Source of the DNA: Pseudomonadota bacterium
GTDB lineage: Bacteria; Pseudomonadota; Gammaproteobacteria; Burkholderiales; Thiobacillaceae
Length of the DNA stretch: 24,000 bases
NCBI GenBank assembly: GCA_029558905.1
Contig: JAKQCX010000011.1
Span: 14,570 to 38,569, forward strand
Direction of reading: 5' to 3'
In this document: one piece after another, positions 9,043 to 17,915 of the stretch
Layout of the letters: each line of letters begins with the position of its first letter
How positions within the stretch are numbered: position 1 is the first letter of the stretch
The notes under the pieces: generated by a model
What the model was told of the DNA's origin: nothing
The model's database searches: none
The model's input: the letters and a program-made list of their open reading frames with translations, nothing else
Translations under genes and position numbers: made by a program

Positions 9043-10653
9043 ATGCCCGCGCGCCGCCTCCTGCTCCCTCTGTTGCTGCTCTCCATGTCCCTGCAGGCCG
9101 CCGACTGGCAATACCTCACCGTACCGGGAGACACCCTCATCGGTATCGGCAGACAATATCTGCGCAATCCCGGTGACTGGCCCAGGGTGCAGGCGGAGAA
9201 CCGGGTGGATATCCCGGAACATCTGCCCGTCAACACCCATCTGCGCATCCCCGTTGCCCTGCTGAAGGTCACCCCTGCCCCCGCCACGGTAACGGCGGTC
9301 CAGGGCAATGTGCGGGTCAGGACCGGCTCGGGCGATTTGCGGCCGCTGCGCACGGGCGATCAGCTCCAGGGCGGGGAGAGCGTGCTCACCGGCCCCCGCA
9401 GCAGCGCCCACTACCGCTTCGCCGACGGCACCAGCCTGACCCAGCAGGCCTCCAGCAAGCTCGCCTTTGGCCGCCTGGCGGCCTATGGCAAAACCGGCAT
9501 GGTGGCCACCGAGGTCAGTCTGGACAGCGGCCGTCTGGAGGCCAGCGCTGCCCGGCAGCTTGCCCCCGCGGGTGGTTTCCGTGTGCGCACACCGGTGGCC
9601 GTGGCGGGCCTGCGCGGCACCGACTTCCGCATCAACGTGGCGGAAGACGGCAAGCGCATGAGCAGCGAGGTCACCACCGGCGAGGTGGCCGTGACCGCCC
9701 AGGGCAAGACCGTGCGCGTGGCTGCGGGGGAGGGCAGTTTTACCGAGGCCGGCAAGCCCCCGAGCCCGGCCCGGGCCCTGTTGCCCGCCCCGGACCTCAG
9801 CGGGATGCCCACGCGGGTCACGCGCCTGCCCCTGGGCCTGGCATGGCCCACCCAGCCGGATGCCGCGGCGTGGCGTGTCCGTCTGGCGCGCGACACCGCC
9901 TTCACCGCCGTACTGCTGGACGATGTGGTGACGCGCCCCGCCGTCGACTGGGGCGAAACCCTGGCCGATGGCGTGTACACGCTGCGCGTGCGCGCCATCG
10001 ATGAGACGGGGATGGAAGGCCTGGACGCCGAACACAGCCTGACCCTGGATGCGCATCCCCTGCCCCCCCTGGCGCTGGCCCCGGTCCTGGGAGAGCACCT
10101 GGACGGTTCCCGGGTGCGTTTCCGGTGGAGCACCGCGGCCGGCGCGCGAGGCTACGTGCTGCAGATCGCACCCACCCCCGAGTTCACGCACGGTCTCATC
10201 GAACGGCGCCTGGGACCGGTGGTCGAGCACGAGGAAGACCTGGGCGAGGGCGAGTGGCACTGGCGCTTGGCCAGCCTGGATGAGACCGGCCAGGCGCATG
10301 CGTTCAGCGCCCACCGTGCCTTCGTGGTGATACCCCGGGCCAGTGCGCCCGCCGCACCCACGGACCTGAAGATGGACATGCGCGTGCACCCCATCGCCGT
10401 TTCCTGGCAGGGTCAGGCACCGCGCTATCGCGTCGTGGTGGCGCCCGCCGGTGATTTCTTCCGCCCCATGCTCGTACAGGAAAGCGACGGGCCGCGGACC
10501 TTCCTGCCTGGTCTGCCGCCCGGCCAGTACCAGTTGCGGGTCATCGCCCTGGGGCCGGATGGCGCGGCCAGCCCGCCCAGCGCCGGCCTGGCCTTCCAGG
10601 TGATCCCAGTCCTGCCCTTCTGGCCTGCATTCATCCTGGTGCCGGCCCTGTAG
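9043..10653 (+). CDS. Secreted LysM-domain / FecR-domain protein with three tandem beta-sandwich-like modules (function unknown)
   Basis: The ATG at 9043 gives a Sec-type signal peptide, [19 protein letters not shown]|AD. A LysM-like segment follows ([17 protein letters not shown]...[18 protein letters not shown]), then a FecR-like segment ([12 protein letters not shown]...[28 protein letters not shown]...[11 protein letters not shown]). Three roughly 80-aa repeats share the pattern W-x(5-8)-[WY]RV-x-[LIV]A...F...G-x-[YW]-x-[LW]R[VL]-x-A-x-[DG]-x-x-G. Confidence 0.7.
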   Translation: MPARRLLLPLLLLSMSLQAADWQYLTVPGDTLIGIGRQYLRNPGDWPRVQAENRVDIPEHLPVNTHLRIPVALLKVTPAPATVTAVQGNVRVRTGSGDLRPLRTGDQLQGGESVLTGPRSSAHYRFADGTSLTQQASSKLAFGRLAAYGKTGMVATEVSLDSGRLEASAARQLAPAGGFRVRTPVAVAGLRGTDFRINVAEDGKRMSSEVTTGEVAVTAQGKTVRVAAGEGSFTEAGKPPSPARALLPAPDLSGMPTRVTRLPLGLAWPTQPDAAAWRVRLARDTAFTAVLLDDVVTRPAVDWGETLADGVYTLRVRAIDETGMEGLDAEHSLTLDAHPLPPLALAPVLGEHLDGSRVRFRWSTAAGARGYVLQIAPTPEFTHGLIERRLGPVVEHEEDLGEGEWHWRLASLDETGQAHAFSAHRAFVVIPRASAPAAPTDLKMDMRVHPIAVSWQGQAPRYRVVVAPAGDFFRPMLVQESDGPRTFLPGLPPGQYQLRVIALGPDGAASPPSAGLAFQVIPVLPFWPAFILVPAL

Positions 10654-10809
10654 GCCCGAACGCCCGCATGGCCGCAGCAACGCAGTCCTTGCCCACGCCC
10701 TGACGGGGCCGCCCGCCCACGGCATCCTGGTGCGTGATCGACTCATCCAGGCGTCAGTCGTGCTCCGATTGGCGCCCCCTTTTTGCCCGTTTTGAGGAGA
10801 CGGATCGTC

Positions 10810-12258
10810 ATGGCGAAAGTGAAATTCTTTGGCGTGGAATCCATACCGCTCGAAATGCACAAGGTGCGCATCGTGCAGAAGCTGAACCTGCCGCCTATCG
10901 AGCGCCGCCTGGAAGCCATCACCGAAGCGGGCAACAACACCTTCCTGCTGCGCAACGCCGACGTGTTCCTGGACATGCTCACCGACAGTGGCGTGAACGC
11001 CATGAGCGATCAGCAGCAGGCGGCCATGATGATCGCCGACGACAGCTACGCCGGCAGTGCCACCTTCACCCGTCTGGAAAACAAGCTGCGAGAGATCTTC
11101 GGCATGCCTTTCTTCCTGCCGGCGCACCAGGGCCGGGCCTGCGAAAACATCCTCAGCCAGGTCCTCGTCTCGCCGGGCTCCGTGGTACCGATGAACTATC
11201 ACTTCACCACCACCAAGGCGCACATCACCCTCAATGGCGGCATCGTCGAGGAACTGGTCGGCGACGCAGGCCTGGAAGTGGTCAGCGCACACCCGTTCAA
11301 GGGCAACATGGACATTGCCAAGCTGCGCCAGGTGATCGCCCGTCATGGCGCGGACAGGATCGCCTTCGTGCGCATGGAAGCGGGCACCAACCTGATCGGC
11401 GGGCAGCCCTTCTCGGTGGCGAACCTCGGCGAGATTCGCCAGGTATGCGATGAATTCGGTCTCATGCTGGTGCTGGATGCCAGTCTGCTGGCGGACAACC
11501 TGCATTTCATCAAGGAGCGCGAGGCGGACTGTAGGGATCTGAGCATCCGCGAAATCACCCGCCGCATGGCCGACCTGTGCGACGTGATCTATTTCTCGGC
11601 GCGCAAGCTGGGTTGCGTGCGCGGCGGCGGCATATGCATCCGCGACGAGGCGTTCTATCGCCGCATGCGTGGCCTGGTGCCCCTGTACGAAGGCTTCCTG
11701 ACCTATGGCGGCATGTCGGTACGGGAGATGGAGGCTCTCACCGTGGGTCTGGAAGAGACCATGGACGAGGACGTCATCAACCAGGGTCCGCAATTCATCC
11801 GCTACATGGTGGACGAGCTGGTCCGGCGCGGCATCCCGGTGATCACCCCCGCGGGCGGCCTGGGCTGCCACATCAACGCCATGGAATTCGTCGACCACAT
11901 CCCGCAGGCGCGGTATCCCGCCGGCGCCCTGGCCTCGGCCCTGTACCTCGTCAGCGGCATACGCGGCATGGAACGGGGTACCCTGTCGGAGCAGCGCGAA
12001 CCCGACGGCAGCGAGGTCTTTGCCAACATGGAGCTGGTGCGCCTGGCCCTGCCGCGACGGGTCTTCACCCTGTCGCAGGTGAAATACACCATCGACCGCC
12101 TGACCTGGCTGTATGCCAACCGGAGAAAGATCGGCGGCCTGGTGTTCACCGAGGAACCGGAGATCCTGCGTTTCTTCTACGGCCGCCTGGCACCGGTGTC
12201 CGACTGGCAGACCGAACTGGTGGCCCGGTTCCGCCAGGATTTCGGCGACAGCTTGTGA
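10810..12258 (+). CDS. tpl: PLP-dependent beta-eliminating lyase, tyrosine phenol-lyase-like (tryptophanase/TPL family)
   Basis: GAGGAG lies 10 nt upstream of the ATG; 482 aa. I aligned it by eye to C. freundii TPL as I recall that sequence: EAGNNTFLL, LTDSGVNAMSD, Y80 (TPL Y71), HQGR109 (R100), FT133TT (T124; TnaA has Asp), N194, D223, SARK266 (PLP Lys 257), MER389G (R381; TnaA has Ile), VR411L (R404), LRF455F (F448; TnaA has His). Confidence 0.8.
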   Translation: MAKVKFFGVESIPLEMHKVRIVQKLNLPPIERRLEAITEAGNNTFLLRNADVFLDMLTDSGVNAMSDQQQAAMMIADDSYAGSATFTRLENKLREIFGMPFFLPAHQGRACENILSQVLVSPGSVVPMNYHFTTTKAHITLNGGIVEELVGDAGLEVVSAHPFKGNMDIAKLRQVIARHGADRIAFVRMEAGTNLIGGQPFSVANLGEIRQVCDEFGLMLVLDASLLADNLHFIKEREADCRDLSIREITRRMADLCDVIYFSARKLGCVRGGGICIRDEAFYRRMRGLVPLYEGFLTYGGMSVREMEALTVGLEETMDEDVINQGPQFIRYMVDELVRRGIPVITPAGGLGCHINAMEFVDHIPQARYPAGALASALYLVSGIRGMERGTLSEQREPDGSEVFANMELVRLALPRRVFTLSQVKYTIDRLTWLYANRRKIGGLVFTEEPEILRFFYGRLAPVSDWQTELVARFRQDFGDSL

Positions 12259-12276
12259 AGCGGATCGCGGCCGGCC

Positions 12277-15200
12277 TCAGTCCACCCACCTGCGCGCATT
12301 GCGGAACAGGCGCAGCCAGGGGCCATCCTCCTGCCATCCGTCCGGGTGCCAGGAGTGCTGCACACCGCGGAAGACCCGCTCCGGGTGGGGCATCATGATG
12401 GTGATGCGGCCATCCGGGGTGGTCAGCCCCGTAATCCCCTTGGTCGAGCCGTTGGGGTTGCGGGGATAGGCCTCGGTCACGCGGCCCCGGTTGTCCACGT
12501 AGCGCAGGCTGACCAGGGCGGCCCCTTGCTGGGCCGGGCTGTCGAACACCGCCCGGCCTTCGCCGTGGGCCACGACGATGGGCATGCGCGAGCCGGCCAT
12601 GCCGTCGAACAGGATGGAGGGGGTTGTGGCCGGCACCTCCACCATGACGAAGCGGGCCTCGAACTGCTCCGACAGGTTGCGTTCGAAGCGGGGCCAGTGG
12701 TCGGCGCCCGGGATGATGGCCTTCAGCCGGCTCATCATCTGGCAACCGTTGCACACCCCCAGGGCAAAGCTGTCGTGCCGCCGGAAGAAGGCCTCGAATT
12801 CGTCCCGGGCACGGGGATTGTGCAGGATGGAGGCGGCCCAGCCGCCTCCCGCCCCCAGCACGTCACCGTAAGAGAAGCCGCCGCAGGCCGCCAGACCCCT
12901 GAAGCCCTGGAGATTCACCCGGCCGGTCAGGATGTCGCTCATGTGTACGTCCACGGGAGCGAAGCCCGCCCGGTGGAAGGCGGCGGCCATTTCCACCTGG
13001 CCGTTGACCCCCTGTTCCCGCAGGATGGCGACCCTGGGCCTGACGCGCGATTTCCTCACATGGGGCGCGGCCACATCCTCGGCGGGATCGAAGCTCAGCC
13101 GGGCGTGCAGACCTGGATCCTTCGCCGCGGCCTGGCCGGCGAATTCCTGATCCGCGCAGGCCGGGTTGTCCCTCAGACGCTGCATGCGCCAGGTGGTCTC
13201 GCACCAGGCCGCCAGCAGGTCCTCGCACTTTTCGTCGAACACGGCCTTGCCCTCCCGCAGGATGCGCAAGCGGTCCTTGCGGTTGGGTCGGCCGATGACG
13301 TAGCACTCGTCGCGCAGGCCCGCCGCGATGCAGGCCTGCAGGATGGCGCCGGTGTCCTGGCGCCGCACCTGCAGCACGGCCCCCAGTTCCTCGTTGAATA
13401 GGATGCCGAACAGGCGGGAGGTATACGGTTCACGCGGGACGGGGGCATGCTCCACGTCCTCCATGATGTCGTCGTGGTGGCGGTGGTAGCGCAACTCGTC
13501 CACGTCCAGGTCCACACCGCAATGGCCGGCGAAGGCCATCTCCGCCAGGGTGGCGAACAGGCCGCCGTCGGAACGGTCATGGTAGGCGAGCACCTTGCCT
13601 TCGCGATTGAAACCCTGGATGAGGGCAAAGAAGCGCTTGAAGCGTTCCGGCTCGTCCAGGTCCGGGCAGACGTCGCCCAGCTCGCCGTACACCTGGCCCA
13701 GGATGGAGCCACCCAGGCGATTGCGGCCGCGGCCCAGATCCAGGAGGATCAGGTCGGTGTCGCCACAGTCGACGCGCAACTGCGGGGTGAGGCTGCGACG
13801 CGCATCCACCACCGGGGCGAAGGCGGTAATGATGAGGGACAGGGGCGCCACCACGGCCTTCTTTTCCCCCCGGTCTTGCCAGTGCGTGGCCATGGACATG
13901 GAGTCCTTGCCCACGGGAATGCTGATGCCCAGGGCCGGGCACAGATCCTTGCCCACGGCCCGCACCGTGGCGTACAGGGCCGCGTCTTCCCCCGGGTGGC
14001 CGGCGGCACACATCCAGTTGGCGGACAGGCGGATATCGCCGATGTCGCTCACCGCCGCCGCCGCCAGGTTGGTGAGGGCCTCGCCGATGGCCATGCGCCC
14101 GGACGCCGGAGCGTCGATGAGGGCCAGGGGACTGCGCTCGCCCATGGCCATGGCCTCCCCCCGGTAGGTTTCATACCCTAGGGTGGTGACGGCCACGTCC
14201 GCCACCGGCATCTGCCAGGGGCCCACCATCTGGTCCCGGGCGGTGCAGCCTCCCACGTTGCGGTCACCGATGGTGATGAGGAAGGTCTTGTTAGCCACGG
14301 CAGGGTGGCGCAGCACCCGGTAGGCGGCGGCCTTCAGCTCCAGGCCCTCGGCACTGAACGGCCGCAACACGGGCAACAGGCGCCTGGCCTTGCGGGTCAT
14401 CTTCGGTGGCTTGCCCAGGAGCACGCCCATGGGCATGTCCACCGGGGTATTCCCGAATAGGCGGTCCTCCACCACCAGCCGTCTTGCACGGGTAGCCCGG
14501 CCCAGCACAGCAAAGGGACAGCGTTCCCGCGTACAGATGGACCTGAACCGTTCCAGGGATTCCGGGGCGATGGCCAGCACATAGCGTTCCTGGGCCTCGT
14601 TGCTCCAGATCTCCCTGGGGCTCATGCCCGGCTCCAGGCTGGGCACGTCCCGCAGCTGCAGGCGGGCCCCCAGGCCTGCGCCGTGGGCCAGCTCCGGCAT
14701 GGCGTTGGAAATGCCCCCGGCACCCACATCGTGGATGGAGAGGATGGGGTTGTCGGTCCCCATCTGCCAGCAGCGGTCGATGACCTCCTGGGCGCGGCGC
14801 TGCATCTCCGGGTTGCCGCGTTGCACGGAGTCGTAGTCCAGGGCCTCCGCGTTGCTGCCTGCCCCCATGCTGGAGGCCGCGCCGCCCCCCAAACCGATGC
14901 GCAGGCCCGGACCCCCCAGCTGGATCAGCAGGGTGCCGGGCTTGAACGCCTGCTTGTGCACATGGCGCTCCTGGATGTTGCCCAGGCCGCCGGCGATCAT
15001 GATGGGCTTGTGATACCCCCGCACCTGGCCGTCCGGGGTCTCCATCTCGAAGGTGCGGAAGTAGCCCGTGAGATTGGGGCGGCCGAATTCATTGTTGAAG
15101 GCCGCCGCCCCCAGGGGGCCCTCCAGCATGATGTCCAGGGCGGAGACGATGCGCTCCGGCTTGCCGTGATCCACCTCCCAGGGCTGTTCACCCCCTGGGA

Positions 15201-16221
15201 TACGCAGGTTGGAGACGGTGAAGCCGCACAGCCCGGCCTTGGGCTTGGAACCCTGACCCGTGGCGCCCTCGTCCCGGATCTCGCCACCGGAGCCCGTGGC
15301 GGCCCCGGGGAAGGGGGAAATGGCGGTGGGATGGTTGTGGGTCTCCACCTTCATGAGGATGTGGGTGGCCTCCCGGGTGAAGCCGTACACACCCTTGGCA
15401 TTGGGGTAGAAACGGCCGACACGGGCACCCTCCATGACCGCGGCGTTGTCCGAGTAGGCCGACAGGGTGCCCTGGGGACGCAGTTTGTGGGTGTGGCGGA
15501 TCATGGCGAACAGGGATTCATCCTGGCTCTTGCCGTCGATGACCCAGTCGGCGTTGAAGATCTTGTGGCGGCAGTGCTCCGAGTTGGCCTGGGCGAACAT
15601 CATCAGCTCCACGTCCGTGGGATTGCGCCCGACGCGGGTGAAGTGCTCCAGCAGATAGTCGATCTCGTCCGGCGACAGGGCCAGGCCCCAGTCCCGGTTG
15701 GCCTGGTTCAGGGCCCGCTTGCCGGCTTGGGACCCGCCCTTGAGCACATCCACGCTCTTGCAGGGCGGGGCCTGCACACGCCGGAACAGCTGCAGCGCTT
15801 CCTGCTCGTCGCGCAGCACGCTCTCGGTCATGCGGTCGTGCAGCAGGGGCAGCACGGCCTCCAGATCCAGGCTACGGCCCCGCTTCGTACCGATCCGCCA
15901 GTGCACGCCGCGTTCGATGCGGACGACGGTACCCAGACCACAGTTGGCGGCGATGTCCGTGGCCTTGGAGGACCAGGGAGACACCGTGCCCAGACGGGGT
16001 GTCACCAGGATCGTCCTGGCCTGGGGCTGGTAAGGCCGGGCCTGCAACAGTTCGCCCAGGAAGGACTGATCCTCCGCCGCTAGTTCCCCGGACAGCTCCA
16101 CGAAATAGCGGAAATGGGCCTCCAGGCCCTTCACCCCCTGGTGCTGCAGGGCCGCCAGTCGCTTGGCGATACGGAACTCGGAGAAGGCGGGCGCACCGGC
16201 AAGGAACAGAACGCGGGACAT
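12277..16221 (-). CDS. purL: Phosphoribosylformylglycinamidine synthase, single-chain large form
   Basis: 1314 aa. The N-terminus [22 protein letters not shown] is PurL-like, with FGAM synthetase domains and a C-terminal glutamine amidotransferase domain (GVCNGCQMM..., HGEGR). The frame is uninterrupted. Confidence 0.97.
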   Translation of the reverse strand: MSRVLFLAGAPAFSEFRIAKRLAALQHQGVKGLEAHFRYFVELSGELAAEDQSFLGELLQARPYQPQARTILVTPRLGTVSPWSSKATDIAANCGLGTVVRIERGVHWRIGTKRGRSLDLEAVLPLLHDRMTESVLRDEQEALQLFRRVQAPPCKSVDVLKGGSQAGKRALNQANRDWGLALSPDEIDYLLEHFTRVGRNPTDVELMMFAQANSEHCRHKIFNADWVIDGKSQDESLFAMIRHTHKLRPQGTLSAYSDNAAVMEGARVGRFYPNAKGVYGFTREATHILMKVETHNHPTAISPFPGAATGSGGEIRDEGATGQGSKPKAGLCGFTVSNLRIPGGEQPWEVDHGKPERIVSALDIMLEGPLGAAAFNNEFGRPNLTGYFRTFEMETPDGQVRGYHKPIMIAGGLGNIQERHVHKQAFKPGTLLIQLGGPGLRIGLGGGAASSMGAGSNAEALDYDSVQRGNPEMQRRAQEVIDRCWQMGTDNPILSIHDVGAGGISNAMPELAHGAGLGARLQLRDVPSLEPGMSPREIWSNEAQERYVLAIAPESLERFRSICTRERCPFAVLGRATRARRLVVEDRLFGNTPVDMPMGVLLGKPPKMTRKARRLLPVLRPFSAEGLELKAAAYRVLRHPAVANKTFLITIGDRNVGGCTARDQMVGPWQMPVADVAVTTLGYETYRGEAMAMGERSPLALIDAPASGRMAIGEALTNLAAAAVSDIGDIRLSANWMCAAGHPGEDAALYATVRAVGKDLCPALGISIPVGKDSMSMATHWQDRGEKKAVVAPLSLIITAFAPVVDARRSLTPQLRVDCGDTDLILLDLGRGRNRLGGSILGQVYGELGDVCPDLDEPERFKRFFALIQGFNREGKVLAYHDRSDGGLFATLAEMAFAGHCGVDLDVDELRYHRHHDDIMEDVEHAPVPREPYTSRLFGILFNEELGAVLQVRRQDTGAILQACIAAGLRDECYVIGRPNRKDRLRILREGKAVFDEKCEDLLAAWCETTWRMQRLRDNPACADQEFAGQAAAKDPGLHARLSFDPAEDVAAPHVRKSRVRPRVAILREQGVNGQVEMAAAFHRAGFAPVDVHMSDILTGRVNLQGFRGLAACGGFSYGDVLGAGGGWAASILHNPRARDEFEAFFRRHDSFALGVCNGCQMMSRLKAIIPGADHWPRFERNLSEQFEARFVMVEVPATTPSILFDGMAGSRMPIVVAHGEGRAVFDSPAQQGAALVSLRYVDNRGRVTEAYPRNPNGSTKGITGLTTPDGRITIMMPHPERVFRGVQHSWHPDGWQEDGPWLRLFRNARRWVD

Positions 16222-16315
16222 CGTACGGACCAGGTCACGTGAAAGCCCAGGATTTTAGCCGAACGGCCGAACCCGGACGGATGGGTCTGGCCGGGCCCGG
16301 CCGAGCACACGGGCT

Positions 16316-16690
16316 TCAGGCGCGGGCGTCCTTGAGGGCGGCACGCACCGCCGTGCCCACGCGCACCTGGTTGAACGGTTTGAGGATATAGCCGGCGGCA
16401 CCGCAGCCCACGGCATCCCGCACCTTGGATACGGAGGCGTCCGCGCTGATGACGATCACCCGCGCCTGCGGCATCTTTTCCAGGATGATCTTCAGCACCT
16501 CCAGGCCACACATGTCGGGCAGGTCCACCTCCATGCACACCACCTCGGGCCTGAGCTTGTCCGCCTGGGTCAGGGCAGCCTGGCCATTGCGCGCCTCCCC
16601 GGCCACCATGAACCCCTCCTTGCGCAGGACGGTCTTCAACAACTCGCGCATGCGTGGATCGCCGTCCACGATCAGTATCTTCGTGCTCAT
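16316..16690 (-). CDS. Single-domain CheY-like response regulator (receiver only)
   Basis: 124 aa. It reads MSTKILIVDGDPRMRELL...VVCMEVDLPDMCGLEVL...VIVISA...GYILKPF, so the acidic pocket, phospho-acceptor Asp, Ser/Thr and Lys positions are all present. There is no output domain and no kinase gene adjacent. Confidence 0.85.
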   Translation of the reverse strand: MSTKILIVDGDPRMRELLKTVLRKEGFMVAGEARNGQAALTQADKLRPEVVCMEVDLPDMCGLEVLKIILEKMPQARVIVISADASVSKVRDAVGCGAAGYILKPFNQVRVGTAVRAALKDARA

Positions 16691-16712
16691 GTCCGGTGCT
16701 ATCCCGATCAGG

Positions 16713-16736
16713 AAAAGGGCCGGTAGAAGCCGGCCC
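16713..16736 (-). terminator. Candidate intrinsic terminator/attenuator hairpin between the small ORF and the receiver gene
   Basis: The minus strand reads GGGCCGG-CTTCTA-CCGGCCC followed by TTTTCC: a 7-bp all-G/C stem, a 6-nt loop and a short T tract. It lies 27 nt after the small-ORF stop and 23 nt before the receiver ATG. Confidence 0.4.
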
Positions 16737-16762
16737 GGAAATTGTACGCCTCGGACCCGACG

Positions 16763-16990
16763 TCAGGCATCCTCCCCTTCTTCCGACGACAATTTCGTAC
16801 GCAGCGCTTCCAGCGCATCCAGACCACAATAATGCGCAAGGAACTCCCGGCCCGCGTCGGTCTTGCCCAGGGCATCTCCGAACTCGGCCAACACCGAATC
16901 GCAATCCAGCTTGGCGCAGGTGTCGTCCAGATCGCAGCTCGTCAGCGGCGCCCCTGCCGGCGAATGTGGGATATCGCTTGGCTGTTTCAT
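16763..16990 (-). CDS. Small acidic hypothetical protein (75 aa, four Cys)
   Basis: The ATG at 16990 is preceded by a strong SD (GGAGGA, 5 nt spacer). The product is MKQPSDIPHSPAGAPLTSCDLDDTCAKLDCDSVLAEFGDALGKTDAGREFLAHYCGLDALEALRTKLSSEEGEDA. I recognise no family. The longer 170-aa ORF-track version would overlap the divergent nnr gene. Confidence 0.5.
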   Translation of the reverse strand: MKQPSDIPHSPAGAPLTSCDLDDTCAKLDCDSVLAEFGDALGKTDAGREFLAHYCGLDALEALRTKLSSEEGEDA

Positions 16991-17051
16991 GACATCCTCC
17001 TTCCTCGGGATTGTCCTATCTATATAGGCCAACACATCGAATGGAAGAATC

Positions 17052-17915
17052 ATGCCCGAGTCAACGCCGTTCCCGCCGCCCGCGCGCCTGCCGCGACGCA
17101 CCCTGGATTGCCACAAGGGTGACTTCGGTATCGTGGGTATTCTGGGGGGCGCGCCAGGCATGGCGGGAGCGGCCCTGCTGGCGGGGCGGGCGGCCCTGCT
17201 GTGCGGTGCCGGCCGAGTCCATGTGGGTCTGGTGGATGAGCGCGTGGCTCTCGATGCCGACATGCCGGAGCTCATGGTGGGCGGTCCTCAACGGGCCATG
17301 GACCTGCCGCGCGCAGCACACGGAAAATCCTCCCGCTCGACATCGGCCTGCCTGGTGGTGGGTCCCGGGCTGGGCCAGTCGGCAGCAGCCAGGGGCTTGC
17401 TGTCGCAGGCCCTGGCCACAAAACTGCCCCTGCTGCTGGATGCGGATGCCCTGAACCTGCTGGCGCAAGACGCGGAACTGGCGCAATTCCTGCGTCACCG
17501 CCAGGCCCCCTGCCTGCTCACCCCCCACCCCGGCGAGGCGGGCCGCCTGCTCGAGCTGGATACCGCCCGGGTGCAGGCGGACCGGGACGGCGCCGTTCAC
17601 GCCCTGGCGGCGCGCTATGGCGCCGGCGTGGTGCTCAAGGGACACGCCAGCCTGGTGCTGGGTCGGGATGGCGAGCCCTGGCGCAACTCCACGGGCAACC
17701 CGGGCATGGCGGCCCCGGGCATGGGGGACGTGCTCTGCGGCATCATCGCCGCCCTGAACGTCCAGGGCCTGGAGCTGGACGCGGCCGCCCGCCTGGGGGT
17801 CTGGCTGCACGGCGCCGCGGCGGACGCCGCCGTGGCGTCCGGCATTGGCCCCGTGGGGCTCACTGCCTCGGAGGTGGCGCGGACCGCCCGCCAGATCCTC
17901 AACGCCTGGTCCTGA
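17052..17915 (+). CDS. nnrD: ADP-dependent NAD(P)H-hydrate dehydratase (YjeF C-terminal domain type)
   Basis: 287 aa with the carbohydrate-kinase-like motifs HKGDFG, VVGPGLG, LLLDADALN, LTPHPGE, VLKG and GNPGMAAPGMGDVLCG. Confidence 0.88.
   Translation: MPESTPFPPPARLPRRTLDCHKGDFGIVGILGGAPGMAGAALLAGRAALLCGAGRVHVGLVDERVALDADMPELMVGGPQRAMDLPRAAHGKSSRSTSACLVVGPGLGQSAAARGLLSQALATKLPLLLDADALNLLAQDAELAQFLRHRQAPCLLTPHPGEAGRLLELDTARVQADRDGAVHALAARYGAGVVLKGHASLVLGRDGEPWRNSTGNPGMAAPGMGDVLCGIIAALNVQGLELDAAARLGVWLHGAAADAAVASGIGPVGLTASEVARTARQILNAWS

Noticed and set aside
10654-10809. TnaC-like leader peptide upstream of the lyase, and the tiny ORF MAAATQSLPTP (10668-10703)
   Set aside because: There is no Trp-containing roughly 24-aa peptide and no SD for the 11-codon ORF. 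The 239-aa ORF from 10734 simply reads out of frame into the lyase gene. Only the 21-codon GTG uORF was kept, as a low-confidence finding.
8848-11898. 1016-aa ORF on the minus strand opposite the LysM-FecR and TPL-like genes
   Set aside because: Same artefact. It crosses an intergenic region and two unrelated genes, has low-complexity composition, and has no SD or domain signature.
12259-12276. 18-nt gap between the convergent TPL-like and purL stops, containing GGCCGGCC, as a bidirectional terminator
   Set aside because: An 8-nt self-complementary site cannot form a stable hairpin with a loop, and no T tracts are present. It may simply be a spacer.
12346-16083. Series of plus-strand ORFs (351, 244, 190 and 466 aa and others) opposite purL
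   Set aside because: All lie inside the uninterrupted 1314-aa purL frame on the other strand and translate to Gly/Ala/Arg/His-rich sequences without motifs.
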